This document shows positions 27,983 to 39,912 of a stretch of 64,000 nucleotides of DNA, in pieces; within the stretch, counting starts at the first letter, position 1; every line of letters starts with the position of its first letter. The notes beneath the pieces were generated by a model. The model did not search any database. It was not told the origin of the DNA and saw nothing but the letters and a program-made list of their open reading frames with translations. Both the position numbers and the translations under genes were made by a program. Source of the DNA: an uncultured delta proteobacterium (GTDB taxonomy: Bacteria; Myxococcota_A; Polyangia; Fen-1088); contig CAVTRY010000014.1 of NCBI GenBank assembly GCA_963737265.1, positions 128,001 to 192,000 of the forward strand, in the 5' to 3' direction.

Positions 27983-29818
27983 CTAGATCGGATAGTCAGG
28001 CGGTCCCACGGAGCCGCCCATGGTGTGGCCTTCGCGCCACAGGGCTTCTTCCATGGCTGCAAGCAACGGCCCAATGGTTTGTCGGTCGAGCGCGCTCACC
28101 GCCAAAACGCGGCCGCTGTCTTCGAGGATGGCTCTCTCCTCGGTCTGTAGGCGGTCGGCCTTGTTGTAGACCAGCAGGCGCGGCGTCTCGGCCAGATTCA
28201 AATCGCCGAGGATGCGCTCTACCGCGGTGATGTGGGCATCGCGATCCGGATCCGATGCATCGACCAGGTGGAGCAAGAGATCGGCGTTGTCCAGCTCCTC
28301 CAGCGTGGCGCGGAACGCTTGCGCGAGATCCTTGGGCAGATCGCGTATAAATCCCACGGTGTCGGCGAGAATCAACTCTCGCTCGCGCGGGAAGCGCAGC
28401 CGGCGGGTGGTCGGATCGAGGGTGGCGAAGAGCTTGTCTTCCACCAAGACGTCGCTGCCGGTGAGACTGTTCAGCAGGGTGGACTTGCCAGCGTTGGTGT
28501 AGCCCACGATGGCGACGACAGGCAGTCCGTGGCCTTCCCGCGCAGAGCGCCGGTTCGCGCGCTGGCGGCGGGTTTGCTCGATGTCTTTTTCCAAGCGATG
28601 CAACCGCTCGCGCGCACGGCGGCGGCCGATTTCTAGCTTGGTCTCGCCCGGGCCGCGCCCGCCAATGCCTCCCACCAGGCGACTCATCATGGTGTTTTCT
28701 TCCTGCAGTCGCGGCAGGCGATAGCGCAATTGCGCCAGCTCGACTTGCAGCTTGGCGTCCCGGCTGCGCGCGCGCTGGGCGAAGATGTCGAGAATCAGAA
28801 TGGTTCGATCGATCACCTTGAGATCGGTAAACGACGCGATGGCATGGGCCTGGCCCGGCGACAGATCAGGATCGAAAATCAGCACGCTGGCATCGAACTG
28901 CATGGCGCGCACAAGCACGTCCTCGAGCTTGCCGCGACCGATGAGGTAGCGCGGATCGGGTTCGGGCCGTCGCTGCACCGCCACGTCCACCACCAGAATG
29001 CCGGCGGTTCGGCACAGCTCGCGCAGCTCGTGTACGCGGCTATTGTCTTGGGAACCCTGGGCGGGTTCCCAAACCTTCCCGCGAGGCTCCGCTGCCGGCA
29101 AAGCCGGCAGGCTCCGCACGCGACTATTGTCTTGGGAACCCTGGGCGGGTTCCCAAACCTTCCCGCGAGGCTCCGCTGCCGGCAAAGCCGGCAGGCTCCG
29201 CACGCGACTATCGCCGCGCGATTTGCCGATCTCCGCCACGACCAGCAGGGCGCGCTCGGCCGAGCGGGTCGCGCGCGTGGAGGGCAGCACGCGCTCGAAT
29301 TCTTCTTCCAGCGCGGCGATGATCTCGGCGGGATCGACGGGCGCGCGGTGGAACGGCGCGGGTGGCAGTGAGACCCAGGGCGATTTGCCTTCGCGGGGTG
29401 GGACCAGGTGGGCAAGGTGAAGATCGGCGGGCCGGCCTTCGTGATTGACGCCCACGGCGGCGACGAGATCCAGGCGCAAGAGAGCGAGATCGACGAGATC
29501 GTCGCGCGACAGGGTTTCGTTGCGCAAGTGGGTGTGCACCAGGCGTAGCCCGCGAAAGCGGCCGTGACCAGCGCGGAGGCGTCCGACCTCGGGCAGAACG
29601 ATGCGCGAGGCGTCGCCCACGAAGACATGCTCGATATCGCCCCGGCGTGAGATGAGCACGCCGACTTGGCGCCCGATGCTTCGCGATACCTCGCACAAGT
29701 AGGCGCCAAGCTCGGCCGAGACGACATCGTTGGGCGCGACCCGTCGGCGGTACACGCGTTCGAGGGCCGACAGCTCCGAGGGCTTGAGGCCCGCGCGATT
29801 TCCCGTCACCTCGTGCAT
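27983..29818 (-). CDS. hflX: Ribosome-splitting GTPase HflX (long N-terminal form) with an in-frame repeat insertion
   Basis: [43 protein letters not shown]. Confidence 0.96.
   Translation of the reverse strand: MHEVTGNRAGLKPSELSALERVYRRRVAPNDVVSAELGAYLCEVSRSIGRQVGVLISRRGDIEHVFVGDASRIVLPEVGRLRAGHGRFRGLRLVHTHLRNETLSRDDLVDLALLRLDLVAAVGVNHEGRPADLHLAHLVPPREGKSPWVSLPPAPFHRAPVDPAEIIAALEEEFERVLPSTRATRSAERALLVVAEIGKSRGDSRVRSLPALPAAEPRGKVWEPAQGSQDNSRVRSLPALPAAEPRGKVWEPAQGSQDNSRVHELRELCRTAGILVVDVAVQRRPEPDPRYLIGRGKLEDVLVRAMQFDASVLIFDPDLSPGQAHAIASFTDLKVIDRTILILDIFAQRARSRDAKLQVELAQLRYRLPRLQEENTMMSRLVGGIGGRGPGETKLEIGRRRARERLHRLEKDIEQTRRQRANRRSAREGHGLPVVAIVGYTNAGKSTLLNSLTGSDVLVEDKLFATLDPTTRRLRFPRERELILADTVGFIRDLPKDLAQAFRATLEELDNADLLLHLVDASDPDRDAHITAVERILGDLNLAETPRLLVYNKADRLQTEERAILEDSGRVLAVSALDRQTIGPLLAAMEEALWREGHTMGGSVGPPDYPI
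29034..29211. repeat. Two identical 84-bp palindromic units inserted in-frame in hflX
   Basis: TATTGTCTTGGGAACCC at 29041 and 29125; encodes [28 protein letters not shown] twice; related to the 80-bp unit. Confidence 0.92.
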
Positions 29819-29867
29819 GCGGGCTCAAAAGTGTTGATAGGGAAACCCTGGGAGGGTTTCCCCAATT

Positions 29868-29999
29868 CCGCGACAAGCGCAGCGACGTCGCGGAAGGCGG
29901 CAGAAAGAGGGGCCTTTCCAGGAGGGACGCGCCACCCAGTTGGAGCGATGAATGGTGGTCGTAAACGTCGTTGTCGTCGTGGCCCTGGCCGTGGCCGAC
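29868..29999. repeat. Dispersed ~130-bp intergenic repeat, copy 1
   Basis: Near-identical to 35392-35524; preceded by a GGGAAACCCT-GGG-AGGGTTTCCC hairpin (~29840-29862). Confidence 0.88.
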
Positions 30000-30082
30000 G
30001 AAGATCACTCCGGCCACGGCCACGACCTTCTGCACCTTTCGCGGAATTACGGGCCGGGCTTAGCCCGCCTTCGCCTACCGGA

Positions 30083-32518
30083 CTACGTCGGATTTTCATC
30101 GCCCGAACGGGAGACGGGCGGCACCGGCGAGGTGCCCCGGTCATCGAGCAGGGTCAGCGCCACGCTGACCGCGCGTTTCGCCTTGTCGATGGTCTTCTCG
30201 TCGTCCTTGATTCTGCGGTAGGCGCGCAGGGCTTGGTCCTCCAGATCGGCCACCTTGCTTTCGAGCCCGGTGATGCGGTCGCGGGCCTGGCCCAGCTTGA
30301 CCTCCCGGTCGCGCACGTCCGTGCGCGAGGTGTCGAGCTCGCCCTCGACGCGCAAGAGCCTGCGGTGGGTCTCCGCCAGTTCTTCGTTGCGCGCGTTCAA
30401 CTCGACTTCGATCTCAATCGCACGTGCCTGTGCTTGCGCCACATCGGCTCGGTTACGCTCGGCCGTCTCGGCCTTCTCGGCCAGGTGGCGCCGCTCCATC
30501 TCGGCTGTGGCGGCCTGGTGTTGTTCGTCGCGCGCTTGTAATTCGGAGCGCCGGCGCGCGTCGGCGAGGTCCAGGTCGCCCGCGCGACGCGCCTCGGCCT
30601 CCTCCAGCTCGCGGCGGCGCCGATCCTCGGCTGCGGCCAGGGCGTCGTCGGAATTGCGGCGTTGCTCGGCGAGGTCGTTCTTGTAGTCGCGATCCTTTTC
30701 CTCCAAGCTGGTCTGAGCGGCACGCTTCTCATTCTCGGTCGCGGCTGCGTGCTCCTCGCGCAAGACCGACAGGGCCTTCTCGTGCTCGCGACGAACGCGT
30801 GCAAGCTCGATCTCGTGGCCCTCCTCAAGCGAGGCGGTTTCTTCGCCGTGGCGCCTGTGAAGAAGCTCAATCTCGGCGGTATGGTTCGCGGTCAGGCGGC
30901 CAATCTCGGCTTGGACTTCCGCTTCCCGCGCGGATTTCTCCCCTTCGCGGTCATCCTTGAGGCGCGCCAATTCGCCGCGGTGCAACTCCTCGTCCTCGGC
31001 AATCTTGGCTTCGAGATCGTGGCGGACGCGATCGACCTCCGCGCGTGCACGATCTTCGAGGGTCGTCAGGCGTTTCTTGAGCAAATCGAGCTCGTCGTGG
31101 TTCTTGCCGATTTCGATGTGCGCATCGTCGAGTCGAACCTTGAGCCCGCGCTCGCGTTCGAGGCTCTTTTCCTTGTCCTGGCCAAGAGCCATCACTTTCT
31201 CGTTGGCGTGCATCAGGCTCTTCTCGAAGATCAGCATCTTCTCTTCGAGATCACGGCGCGCGCGCTCTTGCTCGCGCATGCGATCCTTGTGGTCGAGGAT
31301 CTGTCGATCCTTGGCGTCGACGGCGTCGCGCAGGTCGAGAACCTCTTTCTCCTTGCGATTGATGGTCTCGCGCAGGCCGAGCAGATCCCTTTCCTTGTGC
31401 AGCGGTTGCGCCTGAAGGTGCGATCGCAGATCGTCGATCACGGCGGCCAACTCGCGCTTTTCGTCCTCGAGATCGTGCACCCGTTTCTGCAAGTCGCTGA
31501 AGGCGGCGTCGTTGGCGGTGGTCGCCGCATAGGCAACCGCGGACGTGTTACGCACCTCATCGGGCAGCGGCGGCACATCCTCGGCCGAGCGACGCAGAAG
31601 GTCGGTGTCGCCCTCGACCTCGGCTGGAGGAGCGAGCATTTCGGCGGTAGCAGGTTCGGGGAACGGCACTGGCTCGGGAACCCCGTCCCGATCTTCGCCG
31701 GCTGGCGCCTGCTGGTCGAAGACGAGGCCCGGCAGGTCTTCGGCGTTGAACGCGTGTGGCACCACCCGGGTCGCTCCCTCTTCAACCCAACCCTCGTTGT
31801 CAGGGGGCGGTGGCATGGTGAACGGTGCGCTCGCCACAACCTGGTCGAGCGGCGGTGGCACCGCCACATTTTCGATTGCTTGCACCGGCGGTGGCGTCGA
31901 CATTTCCAGGGCATCGAACGCAGCTTCCGCTTCCTTTTCGAACATGGCGTCCAGCACGGGGTGAATGCCAAATTGATCCGCCGTTTCGGGCGAGCCGCCC
32001 GCTTGACCCGATTGCGGCGGCGGCGTCGCCAGCTTGGTTTCGTCGACGATATCGTCCGCGTCGATGGCGATTTCCGATGAGACCACGTCGGTTCCGAGAA
32101 AGATTTCTTCGGAGGCGGTGGGCACCCGAGCCACCTCGGGCTCGTCCAGACCGACGAGGACGTTCACCTTACGCATGAGCTCGTGGCGGTCGAGCGGCTT
32201 GAACATGTAATCGTCGGCGCGCAGCTTGAACGTCTTGTGCTGCTCGAATTTTTCCGGCGACTCTTCGGCCGACGTCAAGATGAGCGGCACCTCTTTCAGG
32301 TCGGCGTTGCGCTTGATCTTGTTGCAGATGGCGTAGCCCATCTTGTTGGGCTCCACCGATACCATCATCAGGGCCGGCAGGTTTTGCTTGGCCCAATCGA
32401 CAACCTGATCGCCGTTGGTGATGTTCTTGATCGCGAAACCGTAGGGTTCCAGGGTGCCGACGATTGCGGCCAGGGCTGCTTCGTCGGGCTCCACACATAG
32501 AAGCGTTCTCGTCGCCAT
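30083..32518 (-). CDS. Pseudo-receiver domain plus long coiled-coil protein (AglZ/FrzS-like architecture)
   Basis: N-terminal REC fold (GYAICNKIK, ADDYMFKP) lacking the canonical Asp; acidic Pro-rich linker; long heptad region. Confidence 0.8.
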   Translation of the reverse strand: MATRTLLCVEPDEAALAAIVGTLEPYGFAIKNITNGDQVVDWAKQNLPALMMVSVEPNKMGYAICNKIKRNADLKEVPLILTSAEESPEKFEQHKTFKLRADDYMFKPLDRHELMRKVNVLVGLDEPEVARVPTASEEIFLGTDVVSSEIAIDADDIVDETKLATPPPQSGQAGGSPETADQFGIHPVLDAMFEKEAEAAFDALEMSTPPPVQAIENVAVPPPLDQVVASAPFTMPPPPDNEGWVEEGATRVVPHAFNAEDLPGLVFDQQAPAGEDRDGVPEPVPFPEPATAEMLAPPAEVEGDTDLLRRSAEDVPPLPDEVRNTSAVAYAATTANDAAFSDLQKRVHDLEDEKRELAAVIDDLRSHLQAQPLHKERDLLGLRETINRKEKEVLDLRDAVDAKDRQILDHKDRMREQERARRDLEEKMLIFEKSLMHANEKVMALGQDKEKSLERERGLKVRLDDAHIEIGKNHDELDLLKKRLTTLEDRARAEVDRVRHDLEAKIAEDEELHRGELARLKDDREGEKSAREAEVQAEIGRLTANHTAEIELLHRRHGEETASLEEGHEIELARVRREHEKALSVLREEHAAATENEKRAAQTSLEEKDRDYKNDLAEQRRNSDDALAAAEDRRRRELEEAEARRAGDLDLADARRRSELQARDEQHQAATAEMERRHLAEKAETAERNRADVAQAQARAIEIEVELNARNEELAETHRRLLRVEGELDTSRTDVRDREVKLGQARDRITGLESKVADLEDQALRAYRRIKDDEKTIDKAKRAVSVALTLLDDRGTSPVPPVSRSGDENPT

Positions 32519-32584
32519 GAGGATGACGGACGTTACTACGGATGGACGTCAAGAACCAGGCGGCGCCGCAGGCAACTTGATGTG

Positions 32585-33364
32585 TTACATGCGGTTGAGG
32601 TAGGCCGTATCGACCCAGCTGGCCAAGGCGTCTTCATCCAGATCGGCGGTGAAGACGTAGTCGAGGCCGTCCGTCCCGCGCAGCGTTGCCGTTGCGACAC
32701 CCCGGCGGGTGTCCACGTAAACCTGCCGCCCGTGCAGGACACGCTGGCGAGCCCCGGCCAGCGGTTCGCTGTCGGAGGGAAACACCATCACGCCCAAGCG
32801 ATGTCCGGCCGCCACTTGGTAGACGACGTAGGCGCCGAAACGGTCGCGCACATTGACCAAACGTCCTCCTTGGCAATGCGAGCCGGTCTGGACCGAGGCC
32901 GGCTGCAAGGTGAAATCAACCTTGCCGCGGAACCAGTCGGACACCTTGGCGCAGCTCTCCGACAGAACGTCGAGTGGCAGATCGCGGTGAAAGGTCGAAA
33001 TCGCCTGCTCGAGGACTGGGGAACGAACAGGCCGCTCGCGATTGGCGACGAGCAAAACAATCGCGGCCGCCGCCGCCATGCCGACGGTGAAGGCACGAGG
33101 ATAGGCCTGCCAGGGCCAGCGACGGCGCGGGGACGGAGCAACCGCCAACGCACCTTCAATGCGCGCCCTCAGTCCGACGGGAAGCGCCGGGCGTGGAAGA
33201 TGTCCACGCACCGCTGCCTTGAAGCGCGCCTGCAGTCGGCTGGCGTGGGCACAAGCCTCGCACGTGCGCAGGTGGGATTCGTAGGCCTGCCGATCCGCGC
33301 CGGCCAGCTCGCCGTCGACGTAGGCATGAACGACCGTGTCGGCTTCCGCACAAGAAAGGGTCAT
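32585..33364 (-). CDS. Zinc-binding (ZAS, zf-HC2) membrane anti-sigma factor
   Basis: AYVDGEL..HLRTCEAC (HxxxCxxC), single TM; coupled to the sigma gene. Confidence 0.88.
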   Translation of the reverse strand: MTLSCAEADTVVHAYVDGELAGADRQAYESHLRTCEACAHASRLQARFKAAVRGHLPRPALPVGLRARIEGALAVAPSPRRRWPWQAYPRAFTVGMAAAAAIVLLVANRERPVRSPVLEQAISTFHRDLPLDVLSESCAKVSDWFRGKVDFTLQPASVQTGSHCQGGRLVNVRDRFGAYVVYQVAAGHRLGVMVFPSDSEPLAGARQRVLHGRQVYVDTRRGVATATLRGTDGLDYVFTADLDEDALASWVDTAYLNRM

Positions 33365-34017
33365 GCGGCACCCCCTTCCTGCTTCTTGCGGCGGAAGGTT
33401 TCAAAATCGACCAGCTTGTCGGCCTCTTCGGAGCCTGGTTCATCCTGAACGGTCTCGTTGGCGTCGTCCTTGGCGGCGTAGTCGCCGAGCATCTTTTGCA
33501 GCATGCGGCGTCCGCGGTAGAGACGGCTCATGACCGTGCCGGCCGGACATTCCATAACGTCCGCGATTTCTTTGTAGGACAGGTCTTCCAAGTCGGCCAA
33601 GATGACCGGCAAGCGAAACTCGGGTGGCAAGGTATCGAGGGCCTTCTCGACGTCGCGCGAGAGCATGCGACCGAACAGCGCGCTTTCCGCGTCGCGGGGT
33701 GCAGCGCCCTGAAATCGTCCCAGGTTGGCGGTGCTGGTCTCCGCCTCGCCCAGAATTTCTTGCTCGCGTGCCCGCTCGCGATAGCGGTTGCGGAACAGAT
33801 TGGTCAGAATGCGCAGAACCCAGGCTCGGCAATTGGTGCCAGACTCGAATCCGTCCCAGAAGCGATAGGCGCGCAGGATGGTGTCCTGGACCAAATCCTC
33901 GGCATCGCTTTGGGACTTGGTCATGCGCAGGGCGACCCCATACAGGGCTTGGAGATGAGGCATCACCTCGCGCTCGAAATCGGCATGTGAAGCAGAATGG
34001 CGAAGAAGCATGGTCAC
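33361..34017 (-). CDS. ECF RNA polymerase sigma factor (SigR/SigH-like)
   Basis: DAEDLVQDT, GTNCRAWVLRILTN, LSYKEIADVMECPAGTVMSRLYRGR. Confidence 0.93.
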   Translation of the reverse strand: MTMLLRHSASHADFEREVMPHLQALYGVALRMTKSQSDAEDLVQDTILRAYRFWDGFESGTNCRAWVLRILTNLFRNRYRERAREQEILGEAETSTANLGRFQGAAPRDAESALFGRMLSRDVEKALDTLPPEFRLPVILADLEDLSYKEIADVMECPAGTVMSRLYRGRRMLQKMLGDYAAKDDANETVQDEPGSEEADKLVDFETFRRKKQEGGAA

Positions 34018-34026
34018 TGCGATATC

Positions 34027-34052
34027 AACCGCCGGCAGCGCTGGACTATTCC
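34027..34052 (-). promoter_or_regulatory. Putative autoregulatory ECF promoter GGAAT-N18-GTT
   Basis: GGAAT at 34052-34048, 18-nt spacer, GTT at 34029-34027, about 10 nt before the GTG start. Confidence 0.65.
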
Positions 34053-34068
34053 CGCCCAGCCGGCCTAG

Positions 34069-35268
34069 CTAGGGAAGTTGGGCCGGGCTAACGACCTTGA
34101 TGAAATAGCGCTTAAGCCCAGAGCTCGCCACGTGGTCGGTGTAGGTGACGTAGACCCCGTCCGATCCAACCCAGGCTGAAACTGGATCGGTCTGTCCATT
34201 CGCGCTGGGCAGTACCAGCGCGGAGCCGTGGGGAACGGCGTTATATGTGAAGCGCACGACCTCGGGTCCGGCTTTTCGGTCGAGGCCGATGGTCGAGTCC
34301 GAGCCGGCAGGGGCGACCCACGCCGGATGAGGCACGCTCAACGGGCCGGAGAAATCGGCCGTGGCGAGAGCTAAGTTGGTGGAAACGGTTCCGTCTGGGC
34401 CGTTGCTGCTTGGATAGAAGATGGACAAGGAGATTCCGGCGGGGGTTTGGAATGCGATGTCGTAATCGCCGGTCGGTGTGGGTGAACCCACGATCTGGCA
34501 ACCAGCCACATCGCCGATGAGGGTATAATCTGTGCTGCTCGTGAGACTTCCCGCCTCGTCGAATTGCGCGGCACTCCACACGGCTGAACCAGGGATGGGT
34601 CTCACGACGGTGATGCCGAGTCCGTTCGTTCCGCCGGTGGTTGCGAGGCAGTCCCAGTCCGGGTTGGCGGTGGTGACAGGATCGCCGAATATCTGTGCAG
34701 GCGTGCCCGAGTTTGCTGCATTCGCTTCCAGCAAGAGGTAGTAGACCGGCTTGCCGGTACCCTGAACGCCCCAGGCCACGAAACCTACCTTGCCCGATGT
34801 GGCGGCGCCGGCGGCGACTTGGACCTTGGTGAGGTCGACACCGGCGGGAAGTGACGCCAGCACGACCGGAGCCACGGGGGCAGAGGCGCCTTCGTCCTGC
34901 ACGATGGCAGAAAGGTCGTACGTACCCGCCGTATTGAGGTTGACCACGAGAGCCACCAGCTGATCGCCGGGACTGGCGCTCATGGTGGCGGCGAAGAACG
35001 GCCCGAGCGCTGGCAGGGGCAGAGCGAAGCCGGTCTCTTGTGTGAGAACACCGTCGACGGAAACCCGCCCCCAGCGGACGTGAACACCGTCGTAGCCGGC
35101 CAGCGTAAAGCTGTCGCCCGCGCGTAGGAGCGAGGCATTCGGCATGCCCGCGAGCGACGACGAGGCGGGAAGCGTGAGATTGGCGGCTATGCTCGCACCT
35201 GGGGGCGAGTCGGAGCTGCAGGCCGCCTGACCGACGGCCAACCATGCTGCCATCCAAATCTTGGTCAT
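34069..35268 (-). CDS. Hypothetical beta-rich lipoprotein
   Basis: MTKIWMAAWLAVGQAAC lipobox-like signal; G/S/T/P-rich beta-strand composition. Confidence 0.7.
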   Translation of the reverse strand: MTKIWMAAWLAVGQAACSSDSPPGASIAANLTLPASSSLAGMPNASLLRAGDSFTLAGYDGVHVRWGRVSVDGVLTQETGFALPLPALGPFFAATMSASPGDQLVALVVNLNTAGTYDLSAIVQDEGASAPVAPVVLASLPAGVDLTKVQVAAGAATSGKVGFVAWGVQGTGKPVYYLLLEANAANSGTPAQIFGDPVTTANPDWDCLATTGGTNGLGITVVRPIPGSAVWSAAQFDEAGSLTSSTDYTLIGDVAGCQIVGSPTPTGDYDIAFQTPAGISLSIFYPSSNGPDGTVSTNLALATADFSGPLSVPHPAWVAPAGSDSTIGLDRKAGPEVVRFTYNAVPHGSALVLPSANGQTDPVSAWVGSDGVYVTYTDHVASSGLKRYFIKVVSPAQLP

Positions 35269-35391
35269 GGGCGGATCTTCGTGGGGATCCGTCATTCCGC
35301 CAAGCGAGCTGTTAGCGGCGGGTGCGTTGCATAAACCCGCGTTTTGGAGTGAAGCGGCCGGAAGCCCAAGGGCGATCCTCAAGCCGTACCC

Positions 35392-35524
35392 CCGCGATCA
35401 GCGCAGCGACGTCGCGGAAGGCGGCAGAAAAAGGGCGCCTTCCCAGGATGGACGCGCCACCCAGTTGGAGCGCTGAATGGTGGTCGTAGACGTCGTCGTC
35501 GTCGTGGCCCTGGCCGTGGCCGAC
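35392..35524. repeat. Dispersed ~130-bp intergenic repeat, copy 2
   Basis: Near-identical to 29868-29999; lies just past the secA stop. Confidence 0.88.
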
Positions 35525-35537
35525 TGAAGCCGGCGAT

Positions 35538-38552
<3,015 letters not shown>

Positions 38553-38690
38553 GGGAATCCTTCCGCCCCGCGCCAGGCGCGGGAAGGGTGTAAACTAAGG
38601 GCACTGGCCGTCCCCTGCAAGCCCTGGATTCACGGCCAGGGTTTCGTGAGAATTTGACCACACGGGCGCAGAGAGCACAGATGGGAGCCG

Positions 38691-39863
38691 CTAGCCCACG
38701 GCCTTCAGGGCCTGCGCCACGTCGGCGACGAGATCGTCGGGATTTTCGATGCCGGTGGAAACGCGAACATTGGATCCGGTGATGCCGGCAGCGCGCCGGG
38801 CCTCGGGGCTCATCGAGGCGTGGCTCATGGTTTCGGGGTGCTCGACCAGGGATTCGACCCCGCCCAAAGATTCCGCGAAGGCGAAGATCTGGAGTGCCTG
38901 GATGAACCGGAAGGCGGCCGCCTTGCCGCCGCGAATATCGAACGACAGCATGCCACCAAAGCCGGTCATCTGTTTCTTGGCCAGGCGGTACTGCGGGTGC
39001 GATTTCAGGCCGGGGTAGTAGACGCGCTCGACTGCCTTGTGGGCGGCGAGGAACTCAGCCAAGGCGCGGGCGTTGCGTTCGTGCGAGGCCATTCGGCACG
39101 GCAGGGTCCGGATCCCGCGCATGACCAACCAAGAATCGAAGGGCGACGAGCAAGTGCCGAGCGCATTGGTCATGGCGGCGATGGCGGTCGCGTGTTCGGG
39201 CGTGCGCGAAATGATGGCGCCGCCCACCATGTCGCTGTGGCCATTCAGGTACTTGGTCGTGGAGTGCACCACGATGTCGGCGCCCAAAGCGAGCGGCTTT
39301 TGGAAAATCGGCGACATGAAGGTGTTGTCGACGATGGTCAGCTGTCCGCCCTTGCGAGCGATGGCGCAGATGGCGGCGATGTCCACCAGGCCGAGTAGCG
39401 GGTTGCTCGGGGTTTCGATCCAAATGGCGCGCGTGTTCGGCCGAATGGCCTCACGCACGTTGCGCGGGTCGGACATGTCGACGAAGGAAAACGACAGGCC
39501 GCGCGTGGCGAGGACGGAGGCGAACAGCCGGTAGGTTCCGCCGTAGATGTCGTGGCCGGCGACGATGTGGCTGCCGGCCGGAAAGAGGCCCATGACCGTC
39601 GTCTCAGCGGCCATGCCGGTGGCGGTGGCCGACGCGCCCGCGCCACCTTCCAAGGCCGCTAGGCATTCTTCCAGCGCCGACCGCGTGGGGTTGGCGGTGC
39701 GGCTGTAGTCGTAGCCCTTGGTCTTGCCCGGTGCTTCGAAGGCAAAGGTCGAGGTTGCGTAGATGGGAACCGCGACGGCGTTGAAGGTGGTGTCCTTGCG
39801 TGTTCCGGTCTGAACGCAGATGGTTTCGGTCTGGTACTGGACGGCGCTGGCAGACTTCTTCAT
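38691..39863 (-). CDS. Cystathionine gamma-synthase/lyase family PLP enzyme
   Basis: YSRTANPT, ETPSNP, VDNTF, HSTTKYLNGHSD, AESLGGVESL. Confidence 0.93.
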   Translation of the reverse strand: MKKSASAVQYQTETICVQTGTRKDTTFNAVAVPIYATSTFAFEAPGKTKGYDYSRTANPTRSALEECLAALEGGAGASATATGMAAETTVMGLFPAGSHIVAGHDIYGGTYRLFASVLATRGLSFSFVDMSDPRNVREAIRPNTRAIWIETPSNPLLGLVDIAAICAIARKGGQLTIVDNTFMSPIFQKPLALGADIVVHSTTKYLNGHSDMVGGAIISRTPEHATAIAAMTNALGTCSSPFDSWLVMRGIRTLPCRMASHERNARALAEFLAAHKAVERVYYPGLKSHPQYRLAKKQMTGFGGMLSFDIRGGKAAAFRFIQALQIFAFAESLGGVESLVEHPETMSHASMSPEARRAAGITGSNVRVSTGIENPDDLVADVAQALKAVG

Positions 39864-39912
39864 GGGGCCACGGGTCTAGCACGCGGCCGCCCCGACCGAA
39901 ACCGCGACCTCA

